Shown here piece by piece: positions 1 to 13,498 of a stretch of 64,000 bases of DNA. The DNA is from Macrostomum lignano (lineage: Eukaryota): contig NIVC01000280.1 of the NCBI GenBank assembly GCA_002269645.1, forward strand, positions 372,001-436,000, in the 5' to 3' direction. Within the stretch, counting starts at the first letter, position 1, and each line of letters begins with the position of its first letter. The notes below the pieces were generated by a model. That model was not told the origin of the DNA. It saw only the letters and a list, made by a program, of their open reading frames with translations, and made no database searches. The position numbers were made by a program, and so were the translations under genes.

Positions 1-714
1 AAGGGGAGTTGCTGAGATGCCAAGCTTCAAGGGGAGTTGCTGAGATGCCAAGCTTCAAGGGGAGTTGCTGAGATGCCAAGCTTCAAGGGGAATTGCTGAG
101 ATGGCAAGCTTCAAGGGGAGTTGCTGAGATGCCAAGCTTCAAGGGGAGTTGCTGAGATGCCAAGCTTCAAGGGGAGTTGCTGAGATGCCAAGCTTCAAGG
201 GGAGTTGCTGAGATGCCAAGCTTCAAGGGGAGTTGCTGAGATGCCAAGCTTCAAGGGGAGTTGCTGAGATGCCAAGCTTCAAGGGGAGTTGCTGAGATGC
301 CAAGCTTCAAGGGGAGTTGCTGAGATGCCAAGCTTCAAGGGGAGTTGCTGAGATGCCAAGCTTCAAGGGGAGTTGCTGAGATGCCAAGCTTCAAGGGGAG
401 TTGCTGAGATGCCAAGCTTCAAGGGGAATTGCTGAGATGGCAAGCTTCAAGGGGAGTTGCTGAGATGCCAAGCTTCAAGGGGAGTTGCTGAGATGCCAAG
501 CTTCAAGGGGAGTTGCTGAGATGCCAAGCTTCAAGGGGAGTTGCTGAGATGCCAAGCTTCAAGGGGAGTTGCTGAGATGCCAAGCTTCAAGGGGAGTTGC
601 TGAGATGCCAAGCTTCAAGGGGAGTTGCTGAGATGCAAGCTTCAAGGGGAGTTGCTGAGATGCCAAGCTTCAAGGGGAGTTGCTGAGATGCCAAGCTTCA
701 AGGGGAGTTGCTGA
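1..714. repeat. 28-bp minisatellite (AAGGGGAGTTGCTGAGATGCCAAGCTTC)n, runs off window start
   Basis: Near-identical 28-nt units visible directly. Confidence 0.98.
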
Positions 715-2592
715 CGGGTGGCATTGTTACTACGAGTATGTCAATGATCAAGGTGCAGGAATGCTGAGATTCCAAGTCTGTATGCTGGCATCTTTCTGAT
801 ATCTTATAGGTTAGAAAGCTTGAAATCAAAAGTAATGCTTCTGCTTCGAACATCTTAATCTAGCTCGTGTAAGAAACCAACAAGCGTCTGTAGTGTCTGC
901 ACGAGGCACTTTAAATGTGGAGTTTTTTTCAACAATTTTTATTTCTTCCTTTGTTGCTAAGGCTTCGGCACTCAATATTCTCTCTTCTAAGCCGTAGCAT
1001 TTAATCGTTCGTTCCCCTGAAACCTTGTCATCTAAGCATTCACTCTTGTACCTTGATATTGCATCTCAGAGTTTCCCATTGAGCTTTTCCCTTGGCAATT
1101 CTGAGCGAAGACTAAAAAAGTTAAAAGTAAACAGGGTTTATTATATGTCTGTTACAATGAGAATTTTGTCGCATTTCGAGGCAGCTTCTATTAATAGGTT
1201 AAAACCCAACAGTTGGATTTAGCGCTTCTGCTCTTCTGATGTGTGACGATACCGACAGACGCCTCTCAGATTCCCAAAGCATTAGCGACCGCACCTATGA
1301 AGATGCTGCACTAGAATCACGGGAAGTTCCCAAAAGTCTTCCGCATCCCCCCATTTCTAGTCCAGTCGAACTGCAGTTGGTTGCAGAAAGGGCTGGAGTA
1401 AAGCTTGGGGGCTGCAGCGGTGCTTTGGTGCCGCTCGAGCGCACGTCACTTTCACTTTAAATTGGCACCCATCCTGCCTATGCAGGGCCAGAGGGGCTGC
1501 CGCACCAGATCTCAATCAGGCCAGGGGGCCATGCAGGTTCAGTCTGCTGCCTTCCCTTCCTCCCTGCCTAACTCCCTCTGATTTTCTGCCATTCCGACTG
1601 CTGTCACCTTCTAGAAATCCCGGAAAAGCGCCTCGTCTGGAGCCTATCGTAATTGCCTCAGGCGCCCGAGCGTCCGCCGGCTATATGGCCCTGAGCGGCT
1701 TATTGATCAGAACGCAGCTGCCTACTGCGGAAGATAGGGCAAGGCGAGGAAACAAGGGGGCTGTGGAATCGATTCCTCTACCGTTCCATTGGCTGGTTTG
1801 TTGCTTTGGAACTGCATGCAGAGGTGGGGATCGGGGATCAGGGCGTGGACGGAATGGGGTGGCAAGGCGGTCAGCCTCCGCGCAAAGGATGGAAATGGGA
1901 AGCGGATGCAGGGCAGGAACAAAACCGCCACCTTAAAACAACAGCAGCTCGGCTTGGTAAAGCAGCACTTGAAGATTTCTGTGATTGAGAAAATTCTTCA
2001 CATACATTAATTGCACAAGTACTTTTAAACTGCGACTCGCCCTTCAAAAGTGAATTGGTGAGGCATCGGACAAAATTGTATCGAAAGGGAACTTTTACCC
2101 TTTTATTACTCTCCAAGTTGAACAGAAAAGCAAGTTGCACAAAGCATTCCTGATGGATTTTTCTTCAAATTTCTATAGCAAGATTAGAATTTTAATACTA
2201 CGAGCAACGGATGCAACTATTTCTGTATAAAATGTTTCTCTCCAGTCTGTCAGAGTCTGGACGTTATGAAGCTTCCAAAAAGCCTTCATTCTTACAGTAG
2301 AAAGCTAAAGGCTATACATGTTTTACAATAACAAACGTTTTGGTGCTATTCAAACAGTTTGACTCACTACTACTGCTAGTAGGTACCTTGTTTTCCTGTT
2401 CTCATCTACTTCGAAGTAGAAGTAGAAGTCTCGATTTGTTTTTAATTCGATGTATTTTTCATAGCTCGGTAGCAATGAACTGAAGCGGAAGATTCACAGA
2501 GTTGAGGCTTGGAAAGTATTGACTGCTTTCACTGAGATCAAACAGTCTCGCATCTCTCTTTCGCCCGCAGAAAAAAATCAAGAAGGCACAAA

Positions 2593-3643
2593 ATGCGACG
2601 TAACTTCGGTCCACAGGTGGGGAACAATCGGTTTGGCGGAGGCGGCAGCGGTCCTGGCGGCCGCGGCGGTGGAAGCCGTGTCGGCGGCGGGGGGGCCCCA
2701 GCAGCAGCACCGGCAGTGGACATGACAAAGTGCGCCGCCTGCAAAGAGTCGATTCAGGGCCAGCTGGTGAAGGCTCTCGGTCGGGCCTGGCACTACGAGC
2801 ACTTTGTCTGCTCCAAGTGTCGCGCCGAGCTGGGCAAGCAGAACTTCTACGAGAAAGACAGCCAGCCGTTCTGCGAGCCATGTTACCAGAACGAGTTCTC
2901 ACCGAAATGCGCCTACTGCCAGGAGGCCATCCTGGACAGATGCGTGACCGCTCTGGACAAGTCCTGGCACCCGGAGCACTTCTTCTGTCAGCAGTGCACC
3001 GCGCCATTCACGGAGAGCTCCGGCTTCCACGAGCGCGACGGGAAACCGTACTGCGCCGACTGCTACAATGATGCTTTCGCGCCGAAATGCGCCGCCTGCT
3101 CCAAGGCGATCACTTCAAACTACCTGACCGCGCTGGAGAAGATGTGGCACACTGAGTGCTTTGTATGCAGGGTGAGTGGGTCAGCTAGGCAGTCTACGAG
3201 ATATCTGACTCGCTACTTTGTAGTAATTACAAACTATGTAAACTAGCATCCCAACGCCATTTGGCAGGACTGCGGCAGCGACTTCTCTACCGGGAGCTTC
3301 TACGAGCACGAGGGCCAGCCGTACTGCGAGCTGCACTACCATGCCCACCGCGGCTCCCTGTGCATGGCCTGTGAGAAGCCGATCACCAGCAAGTGCATCA
3401 CCGCCATGGGGCGTAAGTTCCATCCGCAGTGCTTCGAGTGCACATTCTGCAAGAACGAACTGTCCAAGGGCACGTTCAAGGTTGGTGCAGTAATTCCTGT
3501 CAGCAATCGCACAAAAATTCAGTCAGTGTTATTGTGTTTTTGAAGAACATTAATTTCCAAATTTTTCTGCTTTATTCAAACAGGAAAGGGAAAGCAAGCC
3601 CTACTGCAGCGAGTGCTTCGACAAGCTGGTTCCCAACCAGTGA
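2593..3643 (+). CDS. Paxillin/leupaxin-family protein, 4 LIM domains, about 283 aa
   Basis: Exons 2593-3171, 3268-3480, 3584-3643 joined by GT-AG introns in frame; four LIM motifs with paxillin-like text ([54 protein letters not shown]). Confidence 0.92.
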
Positions 3644-4852
3644 TGACGGAATTTTCTGCCTTAAAACAACTGAAGATGACACGAAAGATCACATTTCGGT
3701 CGTTGCCTACCTGCTTGCAGTCTCCCTCAGTCATCGAATTCGCTGTCATAAAAATGTTTAACTTCTTTTGCTGTTTTCTTGGAAACTCCATCAATGCTTT
3801 GTGTATTTAGAAGTTTTTTTTCGCTAATTTTCTGCTATAAATGTCACACATGTAAATCTTCTCTATCTGCTTACATCTTGCTTGGATTTTTAGAGTCCGA
3901 AATTAGTGCTGCTTGGGTTGCTGAACAGTATAAAATCTGTCAAGGTCAACCCATTTAGATAGCCTAACTTGCAACCTTATACTTTTTTCGATGCAATTTT
4001 CGTTTTTTTCTAGCCAGACGCTATTTTGACTACTTACTGTCTAGGACACTGACTAATCTCAAGGTTTTTTAGGACTTGAGCTCGACGCAAGGCTTGCAGC
4101 CTTGTCCGAAATTTTATTCGTTTCTTTAATTTCGATGCAATACTGCTTGTCTTTTGTGCTCTCAAAAGTATTTTATTTTTTGTTGTTGCATATTTTTGTT
4201 TTACTTCGCTTCGTCAACCAAGTAGATTAGCGCGTGATCGGCTTTACAGATTAGCTATTCAGAGCCTCAGCTGCTCTTCTAGTTCACTTATTCATGCAGA
4301 TCAGTTCAATTTTTCATTCTTAGACTTTCAATTCGCATGTTTTAATAACAGTTAAGAGGCAATGCTGCCGATATCGCATTAGCTACGCTTCTGAAACTAC
4401 GTTGGCCCATCGAAAAATCCTGGAATATTTCAGATTTTTAAGACGAGTACGCAGATGATTTTATTAACAGGGAAAATTTCAAATTTAAGTTTCCTGAAAA
4501 CCAGATTCAACAAAAGTTTCGCACTCATTTAAGGTTTTATTTTGCTCAAATTTGGCACACTATTCAATAAATATCAGTTTGGTTTGCGCACAAAGTTGAC
4601 AAACCGGCTAAACTGGCTACGAACGAATTGCAGCAGTAGTTTATGGTAAATGTTTTCTGCGCTGGCTTTTAACAAGCAAGCAAGATAGTCAATAAACCAG
4701 CCAGTATTAAACATTAGCAGCAGTCATTATACTCATAATATCATAAGCTGTAGTGAGAATATCAGTTGGCATAGCACTTCAAGTCAAGTCAAGCACTTCA
4801 AACTGTTACGACAGAATGTCACTTCTCGCTACTGTATTGAAGAGTCACAGCA

Positions 4853-6119
4853 TCACAGCTCGTCGTGCCCGCCCTCGCCATCGAACACATCTTCGCCGTA
4901 GCGAGTAGCCCTCGAGCCAGCGAACAGGTCCCGGTGCTTGGAAATCTCCTCCGGGCTCAGCCGGCCGTCTCGGTTTTCATCGGCCTCGCGCATCAGGTGC
5001 CGCGCCTCCTCCTGCAGCGAGTGGCCGCCCACTGCGCCTGGCGGCTGCAGCCAGTTCTGCACCTCCTCCTTGTCGAGAAAGCCGTCGCTATTGGTGTCCT
5101 TCTTCGCAAAGCCGTCCCGCTCCTCTTGAAGCCAATGCGGCTCCTTCTCGCCCGGCTTGCTGGGAGTCCACTGGCCGGCCAGATACTCATCCTGGTTGAT
5201 GCGGCCGTCGCGGTCTGTGTCCAGCTGGCTTATAGTCTCATCGGCCACAATTTCGCGCATGCTGGGCGAGTCCTCGGGAAACAGGAGCGACCGGTACTCC
5301 TCCTGATTTATGAAGCCGTCCTTGTCAGCGTCGGCCGCGTTCCATCGCTTGCGCTGCCTGTAAATTCAAGGACCATTTTTTATTATCTAATCGTGCCGAG
5401 CTGCACTACTTAGAGTAAGCAGGGCAGGAATCCCCTTTTCGGTACAGTAACCAAAACGGTAGGAGTTTTAACTTACCTAATGATTTCTTTGAAGAACTCC
5501 CGCAGTGACTCGCGCTCATCCTCCGTGCCCTTCTCGGGCACCTGCACCGAGACTGCCTCAACGCCGGTCTTCGCCTCTTCCATTGCCTTCTTGGCGGCCT
5601 GTGACATCTCGTCGTCGCGCTCCTCGTCCAAAAAGCCCGGCTGCAGCGTTTTAACGTGCGTCTCCCAGTCCATCTTGCCATTCTTTGGGTTCATCTCCTT
5701 CCACTGGGTGTCCAGCTCTTCTGTCTGCTGCTCCTTGTGAACCTGCGGCCAAGAAAAAAGGTCAAGAAAAAGTATTTTTATGTTAAATCAAACTCAGATC
5801 GCATACCACAAGAGAATCTTACCTTCTCCAGGTGCTTCAGCAGTTCGTCTTCGCTGACAAAGCCATCTTTGTCTGCGTCCACTTCTTCCTTAATCAGCTG
5901 CTGCAGCTTCTCCTCAGAGACGCTGGAGTCCAACTGTGAGAACTGCTTGGCCATGTCTTTGCCCAGGAACTGCTCCTGGTCGTAGGCCGAGTCGTGCTCA
6001 GCCTTGCCATCGCCGTCGTGGTCGTGATAGTGACTGCTGCCCTCTGTCGCAGCGGCGGTAGAAACGGCCCAGCACAGCAGCAGAGCCAGCAGAGCCAGAG
6101 GTTGCTTCCTTAGACCCAT
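4853..6119 (-). CDS. CREC-family EF-hand ER protein (calumenin/reticulocalbin-like), about 355 aa
   Basis: Exons 6119-5823, 5742-5477, 5357-4853 in frame with GT-AG introns; signal peptide, several EF-hand loops (DADKDGFVSEDE, DTDRDGRINQDE, DENRDGRLSPEE), C-terminal HDEL. Confidence 0.93.
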
Positions 6120-7965
6120 CTTTGTCAGCGGTAATTTCCAGAAATTCAACTGCTTGCCTTGTTGTCTCACAAACAGAAAGCCATCCAGCACCGAATTAAA
6201 AACTGTTTTTGAAAAGCATCGAACCCCACCTCCGAAGCGCCAACGTCCAACCGGCGGGCCTGTGCCACGTCATCCTACTGATGCATAGTCAACACGTGCT
6301 CAGGGTTGAGTAGAGCGAGTGCGGGTTTGAGCTGTGCGCTGAGTCAACTGTCTCTCTTCATTCAGGCGTAGCGAGTAAACACAGTGAGGCGGATAGAAGA
6401 GGCAGGCAAGGAGAGAATAGAAAGCACAATGCACAGTGCACAACGCGCGTGCCACCTCAGCCAGGCCTGCTGTGGCACGCAACTTCTGGCCGTCAGCCGC
6501 CAGCTCGATGCGATAAATGAAATAGCCATCGAAACTGCCTCTGTAGGTAATTTAGCCGGCCAGGTTCCAAGCTTGCGTGGCGGCGCTGTTGTTGCATGTT
6601 GTTGCATGCAATGCAATCAGCTTGTCAACGCGGAGCGGCAGTCACTGGGCGTCCCTTCATAGTCTAGCTGTTCACTGAAATTATGTGGATAGCTAAAAGT
6701 ACTTTGCCTTGTTTTTTTTTAACTGAGTAGGCCTCATTAGCCTGAAACTTTAAGCTAAAAGTCATCTTTTTAATGCATACTTTGCCTGCGCTCACTCTCT
6801 GCAACATGATTCAGCAAAAAGGCACAGAACTCCTAATTAAAGACAAGTTTTTAACTTCGTACGAGCAGAAACCAATGGGCTCGGACACAGGCAGTATTTC
6901 TGCAACTAAAAAGTCATCCTTGATAAAAAAACAGTGAAAGTGGCCATACTAGGTGTCCCAGTGTCAAAATTGATATGGTGATCGCGATACTTAAAAGAAA
7001 GGGATCAAGGATTAATTGAGAGCGGAACCGAGGCGAGCTAATGAGAATACAAATGAGCCAGTTGGCAACGAAATAAAATGGAGATTCAATTAAAAATCTG
7101 AGCAGCCAGTCAAAAGGATAGCAAAGGAAGAGAGAGCTACGTTAAGAGGGTCTTGAGGTCAAGAGGCTCCATCTTTGGTGATCTATTCTATTTTAATTGA
7201 CAAAGCCCGTCAAGAGTGACTTTTTGGCACGTAGACTTGGTTCTAGATTAGGAGAACCAATTCCACTCTGCGACTGCTAATAGGCTGGAAACTGTGAGTG
7301 GAAACTGTGAGTGAGTGAGTCAGTGTACATTTTGTGAGGCAGTGTACAGTACTGCGTGAGCCTGTTTTATACTCTGCACACCTTTCATTGTCTGTCCAAC
7401 AATTATCTTTGAGCGTGGGTGCCAGATACACAGAGTTGAAGCTGAACTTTGTTGTATTTAAGACTGCCTTTTACCGAATGCAATCTAATGCAATACTGGT
7501 GCTTCAGTTTCCGTTTAGATCATTTTAAAAATAAAAAAATTCCCAAATAAAGTTTGTCCCTACAGCTGACCGAACGTCAAATAGCTTTTGTCCATGCTAT
7601 TGAAGCGATGTTTGCATGGCAAAAGAGCAGCTCGGTAAAGCAGAGGGCAGACAGTCTGTGATTTCCTGTACGAGCTAGAACCTGCGGGCACCACATAACA
7701 TAAGACTATCGCTCCGCCTTCTACCCTGCAGGCATGCAATAAAGCTGTCAGATATATCAAATCTGCGCACATGGGTTTACCCGAGTGCAGATTCGAATCC
7801 CGCTAGAAAAGTTACGCAGGGGTTTAATGCAAATATCAATATTGGGGATTTAAACGAACTATTGAAGATGCAGATAAGAGGATCATAGTTGGGAGTCAGA
7901 TAGGAGAGCGCGACAGAGGGTCGACAGGCTGATAGACAGACATTCTGAAGCAGAGGCTGAGTCAT

Positions 7966-8240
7966 TGTAGTGAGAGTCGGAGAATTAAGAGTGAAGTAAG
8001 GTTTATTAGAGTCTCATGGTAAGAGTCAAGAGGTGCGAGTTAAGAGAGTAGAAGTTACAAACACTCTGTACACGGAAGGTGTAATAAAGTGTGGTAACTT
8101 GGCCAGCATGAGGCTGGGGGTGCTGGATTGAATTGCATTGCTGTGTTCTCTCTCTCTCTCTGGATGTACTTCTAGCGAGGTGCAGGTAAGACTAAGTCAG
8201 AGCGATTGACAATACTTGGTTTCGATATAAAGTTGTTACA
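7966..8240 (-). mobile_element. Possible LTR fragment (solo or 3' LTR)
   Basis: Minus strand starts TGTAACA, ends CTCACTACA, has AATAAA about 40 nt before the end and purine-rich GAGACAAAAAGG just upstream (PPT-like); no TSD or partner LTR found. Confidence 0.35.
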
Positions 8241-9586
8241 CCTTTTTGTCTCAATAAAGTTCTGACTTTATTTCAGAATGCAAAATTGTCAAATAACTGA
8301 GACTCGGAGTAGATTAATTCCACACTATGACAATCATCAGGCTCTGTATTCTTCCAGCATTGGTCACTGCTTTTAGACTGGCTACGGTTCTTAGAGACAT
8401 AAAAGTCCGCAGCTGAGATTCGGATCCGCGAATTTCGGAGTGGATCATCGAGTGAGATTGGGACTCGTCGCAATAATCGAAGAGGGCCGGCCATGGGGAA
8501 TGGGGAGAAGCGAACTGGCTCAGGAAATTTGCAAACCCGAGTGTCAAAGAAACTGGGCCGGTCAAAATCCCGTCTGGATTTTGGGCCGTTTAGTCGTTCT
8601 TAGCTTTCGCGCATCTTGCCGGCTGGACCGTTGCGGAGGGGAAATTGGCGGGGATAAGTCAGAACAAGTCGCCCCCGCCCCGGCCACCGGCTCAGCGAGG
8701 ACTGAAAATGGCCCCTCATTGCTCCGTCGTTGGCAGGATTACCGACCCCTCTCTCTCCTCTCTCCGTTTGGGGCTCCATCAGTGGGGCTGAGCCCTCGAT
8801 GAGAGTCCGTTTGGGCTTGGGAAAGAGTCTAGGGAGAAGTACATGTTTCTGAATTTCTGCCTGCAAAGTCTATTCTGCCTGCGGAGCTTTTAGAAAACAT
8901 TCTACGCCCACTCAGAAAGTAACGTAAGTGGAGCGTAGAACATAAGTTTACTGGAACAGCATCGGTGGTCTGTCTGGTCCCCGAAGTTCGCGAGGATGTC
9001 GCTAATTACTCGATTAGGCTACCCTTGCTCGGTCGAGCTGGCAGGCCACATCTGCTCACCAACTCGAACTGCTGTAGCTGTTGGTATCCTACCGGTGAGC
9101 ACAGGTGCACACTAGGCCTGCAGAAAAGATGTCTTTTTGGACCGGATCAGAGTCTACAAATGCACCAAATTTACGAATAACTCAAATCAACAAAAAAGCC
9201 TCTGAAAAACTCAGTAATGAAATTTTTCTAGCATTGATATTTTCGAAAGTTGATTTTTACATTCTAAGGCCAGGACAATAAAGTGGCGTGTATTTTTTAA
9301 GTAAAAAAAATAAACTCCGACGCTGCATCATCGTAGATAAAAGGGATTTCTAGGAACTTATAAACAAGATAATGAATGAACTATGCACAGAAAGGAAAGG
9401 AAGATGATTCAGTTGGTTGTCATGCAAAACGTTGGTAAAGGCTGTGTCTGCTACGATGATCTACCGGTGCTCAAGGAATTACTAAAATGTCCCAACTGTC
9501 CCAGTCTTATTAAACACGAATTTGAACGCACCGAACATTGCTAGTGGAATTCCGAGCCGCCCCAGCAACTACCCCCCACTTCAGTT

Positions 9587-10369
9587 TCATTGATGCTGCT
9601 GCAGCAGCTGCTGAGCCTCATCAGAGCTAACAGGCCAGTGGTTGTGAGCAGCCGCGGCCGACTGCCGAATATTGGGATCGGACCGGTAGCAGAACATCGC
9701 GTCGCAGACCACAGCAGGGTGCTGGCACTGCAGCTCCGGCCAGCAGTGGCCGGTGTGGAGATCGGCGGCTGTCGATGCCTCTGTTGTGGCCATCGTGGCA
9801 TCCTTCTGCGCCGACTCGATGCAGATTGGCACCGCACAGAATGCGGATGACGCAGTGGACACGGCCGGCGACGCCTCGATGATGCAGCAGTCGACGTGCC
9901 TCTCTGGGTCAGCTGGTCGCTGCTCCTCTTGCGGCTGTTGCTGCCCCCCAGCCCCCGCTCCGCCGCCATTGCCCCACACGTGCTGCTGATAAACTTCGCG
10001 TCGGCAGACTGCGTTGCGCGTCTTGTACAAGCCGACGTTGATGTAGCTGAAATTCTGGCCAGGCTGTGGCTTACCGCGACACGCTGAGCAGAGCAGCAGG
10101 CGGAGCAGGCGGTTCTGGACGGTCAGAGGCAGCGCCATGCTGCCTATCATGAGCAGCAACAGGCAGGACAGCATCACGACTAGGGCGGTCAGCAGTCCGT
10201 GGTTCGGGGTCACGCAGTTCGTAGTGATGTTAGCTGACGCATTGCAGAGGCGGATTTCGGCCTCCTCGGGGCCGTGGCCCTGCAGCAGCTGGGCGGCGCA
10301 GCGGCTCGCCAAGTGGAGCTCTGCGAGCAGAAGAATGAGCAGCGGTTGCGGCCGCGGCGGCTGCTTCAT
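9587..10369 (-). CDS. Uncharacterised single-pass membrane protein, about 260 aa, intronless
   Basis: ORF 9587-10471; second ATG (10369) gives signal-peptide-like MKQPPRPQPLLILLLAELHLASRCAA, short ectodomain with N-x-S/T sites, TM segment LLTALVVMLSCLLLLMIGSMALPL; GC3-rich codons. Confidence 0.6.
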   Translation of the reverse strand: MKQPPRPQPLLILLLAELHLASRCAAQLLQGHGPEEAEIRLCNASANITTNCVTPNHGLLTALVVMLSCLLLLMIGSMALPLTVQNRLLRLLLCSACRGKPQPGQNFSYINVGLYKTRNAVCRREVYQQHVWGNGGGAGAGGQQQPQEEQRPADPERHVDCCIIEASPAVSTASSAFCAVPICIESAQKDATMATTEASTAADLHTGHCWPELQCQHPAVVCDAMFCYRSDPNIRQSAAAAHNHWPVSSDEAQQLLQQHQ

Positions 10370-10650
10370 GCCGGCTGCGCTCTCGGGAGGGAAGGCTGGA
10401 GCGGTTGGGTCATGAATAGAGAGAATGAGCGTGACAGGAGAGCAAATACGGGACTTAAAACCCACTCGCATCGGTGGGGGGAGGGGCGGCGCACACAGGC
10501 AAATCCCTCTCGCAATCTTTGTTGAAACTTCTCGCAGGGAGTAGGTAAAGCCTTCGCCACTCCTTTACGAGCTCAGATAAGGAGCCCTAATCAACTGTCA
10601 GAGTCTGCTGCTCGGGAGTTTGCCTCCCATGCGCCTGTCAGCGCAAAGTT

Positions 10651-10652
<2 letters not shown>

Positions 10653-10720
<68 letters not shown>
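10653..10720. repeat. (GA)n microsatellite
   Basis: Direct. Confidence 0.97.
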
Positions 10721-10728
<8 letters not shown>

Positions 10729-13498
10729 ATCCTGAGCCCTTCCAGCCCAGCCTCTGCGCTTCATCATCTTTGCCGCCAGAAAGGAAGCGAGTAGGAGGCT
10801 AGGAATCGATTTTGCTAGCAATCTTGGCCTGGGCAGGAGTGGCGCTAAGGCTCCGCTCCAGAAGCCCTGGCGAGCTGCTTGCTCTCTGGCGTCTGGCAGC
10901 GCGTCTTTGCTGGGATTTAGCGTCTGGTTCTGCCCCCCCCCCCCGATTCCCGCAGCTTTTCTACACTGCTTTGTTCTCGCAAGTCCAGTAGGGATGCCGG
11001 GGCTGAAGCGTGCAGCATTGGGATCCGGGGTTGGGCCAGTCGTCCATCGTGGCGCAGTCCGCCCGGCAAACTCGATCTGGTGCGCAGCCCCCTGCCCCGC
11101 CTGTTGCACAGGGGTGCCAGCCCCCGGGGGTGACGCCAATGAATTCCTGCTGCCGGCTGAACCGCGGGCCGCGCAGAACAGCAAGTGAGAGGAAATTCGG
11201 GAGGAGGCGCGCAAAGATGAAGCGACGAGTTTGTCTCTATTGCCCGCGGCTAGATGTTTTCTGTCCGTCAGTAACTCTTTCAGCGAAACAGCGCCCGGGG
11301 AGGGGGGCGTAACCGAAAGCAAGCTTTTTAAGAGGTCAAAGAATGTGTTTGATTATTTAAGGGAAAATATTTGGTCTTTGGCGTCCAGTCGCAGTCATCG
11401 AAAAAAAATCTTTTCCCGCTGAGAAGTAAACTATCTTGGAAATTTTATCTATAGCTCGTGTAGCATAACTAACTAACATGAGCCACTGACTTGTTCTAAT
11501 GTCAATGCGGATAAAAAAAGCACGGACATTGCCGAAGCCTTAGCAACCATATCGGATTCTTTGAAACCCTTGAGCCGATGCAGTTTTCTGAGTGATCTCG
11601 GAAGATCTTTCTTCTCTCATTTTTTCTTCAGGTCGGATCTACTGAGACTCCGCTGACGCGATGCGGGCAGGCTGGGTGCGCTTGGAGAGCTGGGCAGAAG
11701 GGTAGCTCTGAGAGCTCCAAAATATGGGGGGCTTGCTAGAACTTGCTTGTGGGGGAGGGAGCTGAGCTCCTGGCCCAAAAAACCTCTCCGGTCCCCTCTC
11801 TGCCACCCGTACCCCTCCCCCCTTAATCCCCGCGATGCATAATTGCTGGCCTAGCAGTGGGCGATATCGCTCGGCAAGTCGGGCCAGTTTGCACTTTGCC
11901 AGAGCCGAGCCAGCCCCGAGCTGGTTGTATATCAAGAGAAAGTGACCTATAGCTAGCACAGTGCTTGAGCTCTGCTCTATTGTTTGCACTGTCCTATGCT
12001 CCGGTATGCACACACACACGAATCGCGGACTCTGAGCGAGAGATTAACCCGGATCTTCGGTAGAACAAAAACTGGTCTCCCGGCTTTGATAGCCTACGTA
12101 AGAGCCTATAGAACATGGAATGGGGAAGGTTTGATTTCAGAACATTTTAACCGAAATCTGTTCTCCAGTGCTGGAGTCGGAAAGAGTTATGAAATGCTAT
12201 ACTATGAAGATCAAATGCCTGAATTTGTTAGCATAGTTTTTACATTAGCTTTCTGCTTATGTCTCCCAATGCCAAATCAGTCCAATGCTGTACAGGTCGC
12301 TTTTTTGATGAGGCAAATTCCGAATGCTTATAAGATTTTTTAATTAAACCCGAGGAAACGTCTGCAGGGCATTGTCCCTGTCGCTCGCACTCAAGAACTC
12401 CGGATATTTTCGTGTAGTTTTGGCCCACATTTTCAACACCGGGAAACCCAGCCGGATGTGCCGGCTGCAAGCCCTGCCAGCGGTGCCAAAAGAGGAGACT
12501 AGGGGGAGTGCAGCACTGGATCTGGGGTTACCTGACCCACTGGCTTTAGACTGCTCAGAAAATCCTTGACTGTGACAGTCCTTATCAGCGTGTACTTTTA
12601 GCTAATCTGACAGTACCTTACGGACGACGGAACTAATGAGAAATCTTGCTGGAGGAATCAAAGACTTGCACTATATTCATGTTGGCTAGATTAGCAATCC
12701 ATTCTATTCATTTTGGGCCAAGATATCTTCTCACCTGATTGAAAGTTGAAGTCGCCGGTTCGCCCGATAATGTTAATAAAAGTCACTAATAAAGTTCACA
12801 GTCTACTTCTTTTGTTAAAATCAGCTGAGACCTACTCAACCTCGTCACGCTCCGAGTCAAAGTTGGGCGACTTTCACAGCCTGCTGCTGCAGCGGCCGAA
12901 GAATCAGCTCAGCGAGGGACTAAATTTAGCCGGGGCGGCCAGCCAGCCAGAGCCAGTGGGATTACGGTCGAGCCCGAACCAAGGGCGCTTGCGGGTTTGA
13001 CGAGTTGCGCGCATTCTTGGCCGGCCAATCCAACGCCTGCCTCTCTCGGCCAGCGCGCTTCCACGCACACGGAACATCCCACGGGAGCAATGGGATCAAA
13101 ATAAGCCAGGGAGCCGGCTAGAAGAATGGAGTGGTTAGGGACGGCGATGGTCGGTAAGAAATAAGGAAGAATGGGGATCATAGAGATGCAGTTGTGTGTC
13201 GAGAGTAATTTTTTTCTAAAAAAGAATCGCGGCAGCAGCAGAAAGCTTCACAAGTTTTATGATTGATGTGTTTTATCGTGGTCTGGGGAGTCTGCAGGAG
13301 GGAAAGTTGCCGCCCATTTTATGTGTGCTAACCTATGCGATTCCAGCGACTACTACTATGAATGCCGCGTTACCAAGGATGTTAAGGCTCATTCTTTCGT
13401 GGCTCTGCATATCTTAATGCATCCGAAAACGGGCATCATACACTTGCACTGTAGTGCAGAAATTAGACTGAATAGCACAATACATTATAAAGGTGGTC

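Noticed and set aside
1-714. CRISPR-like array
   Set aside because: Head-to-tail units with no unique spacers, no cas genes, eukaryotic context; same for all other arrays
953-11547. 18-nt inverted match TGCCGAAGCCTTAGCAAC near 953-970 and 11530-11547
   Set aside because: No extension into flanks; compatible with chance in 64 kb
10591-13181. Scattered ORFs at 10.6-13.2 kb
   Set aside because: No recognisable domain, codon bias or consistent splice pattern; possibly decayed TE but not supportable
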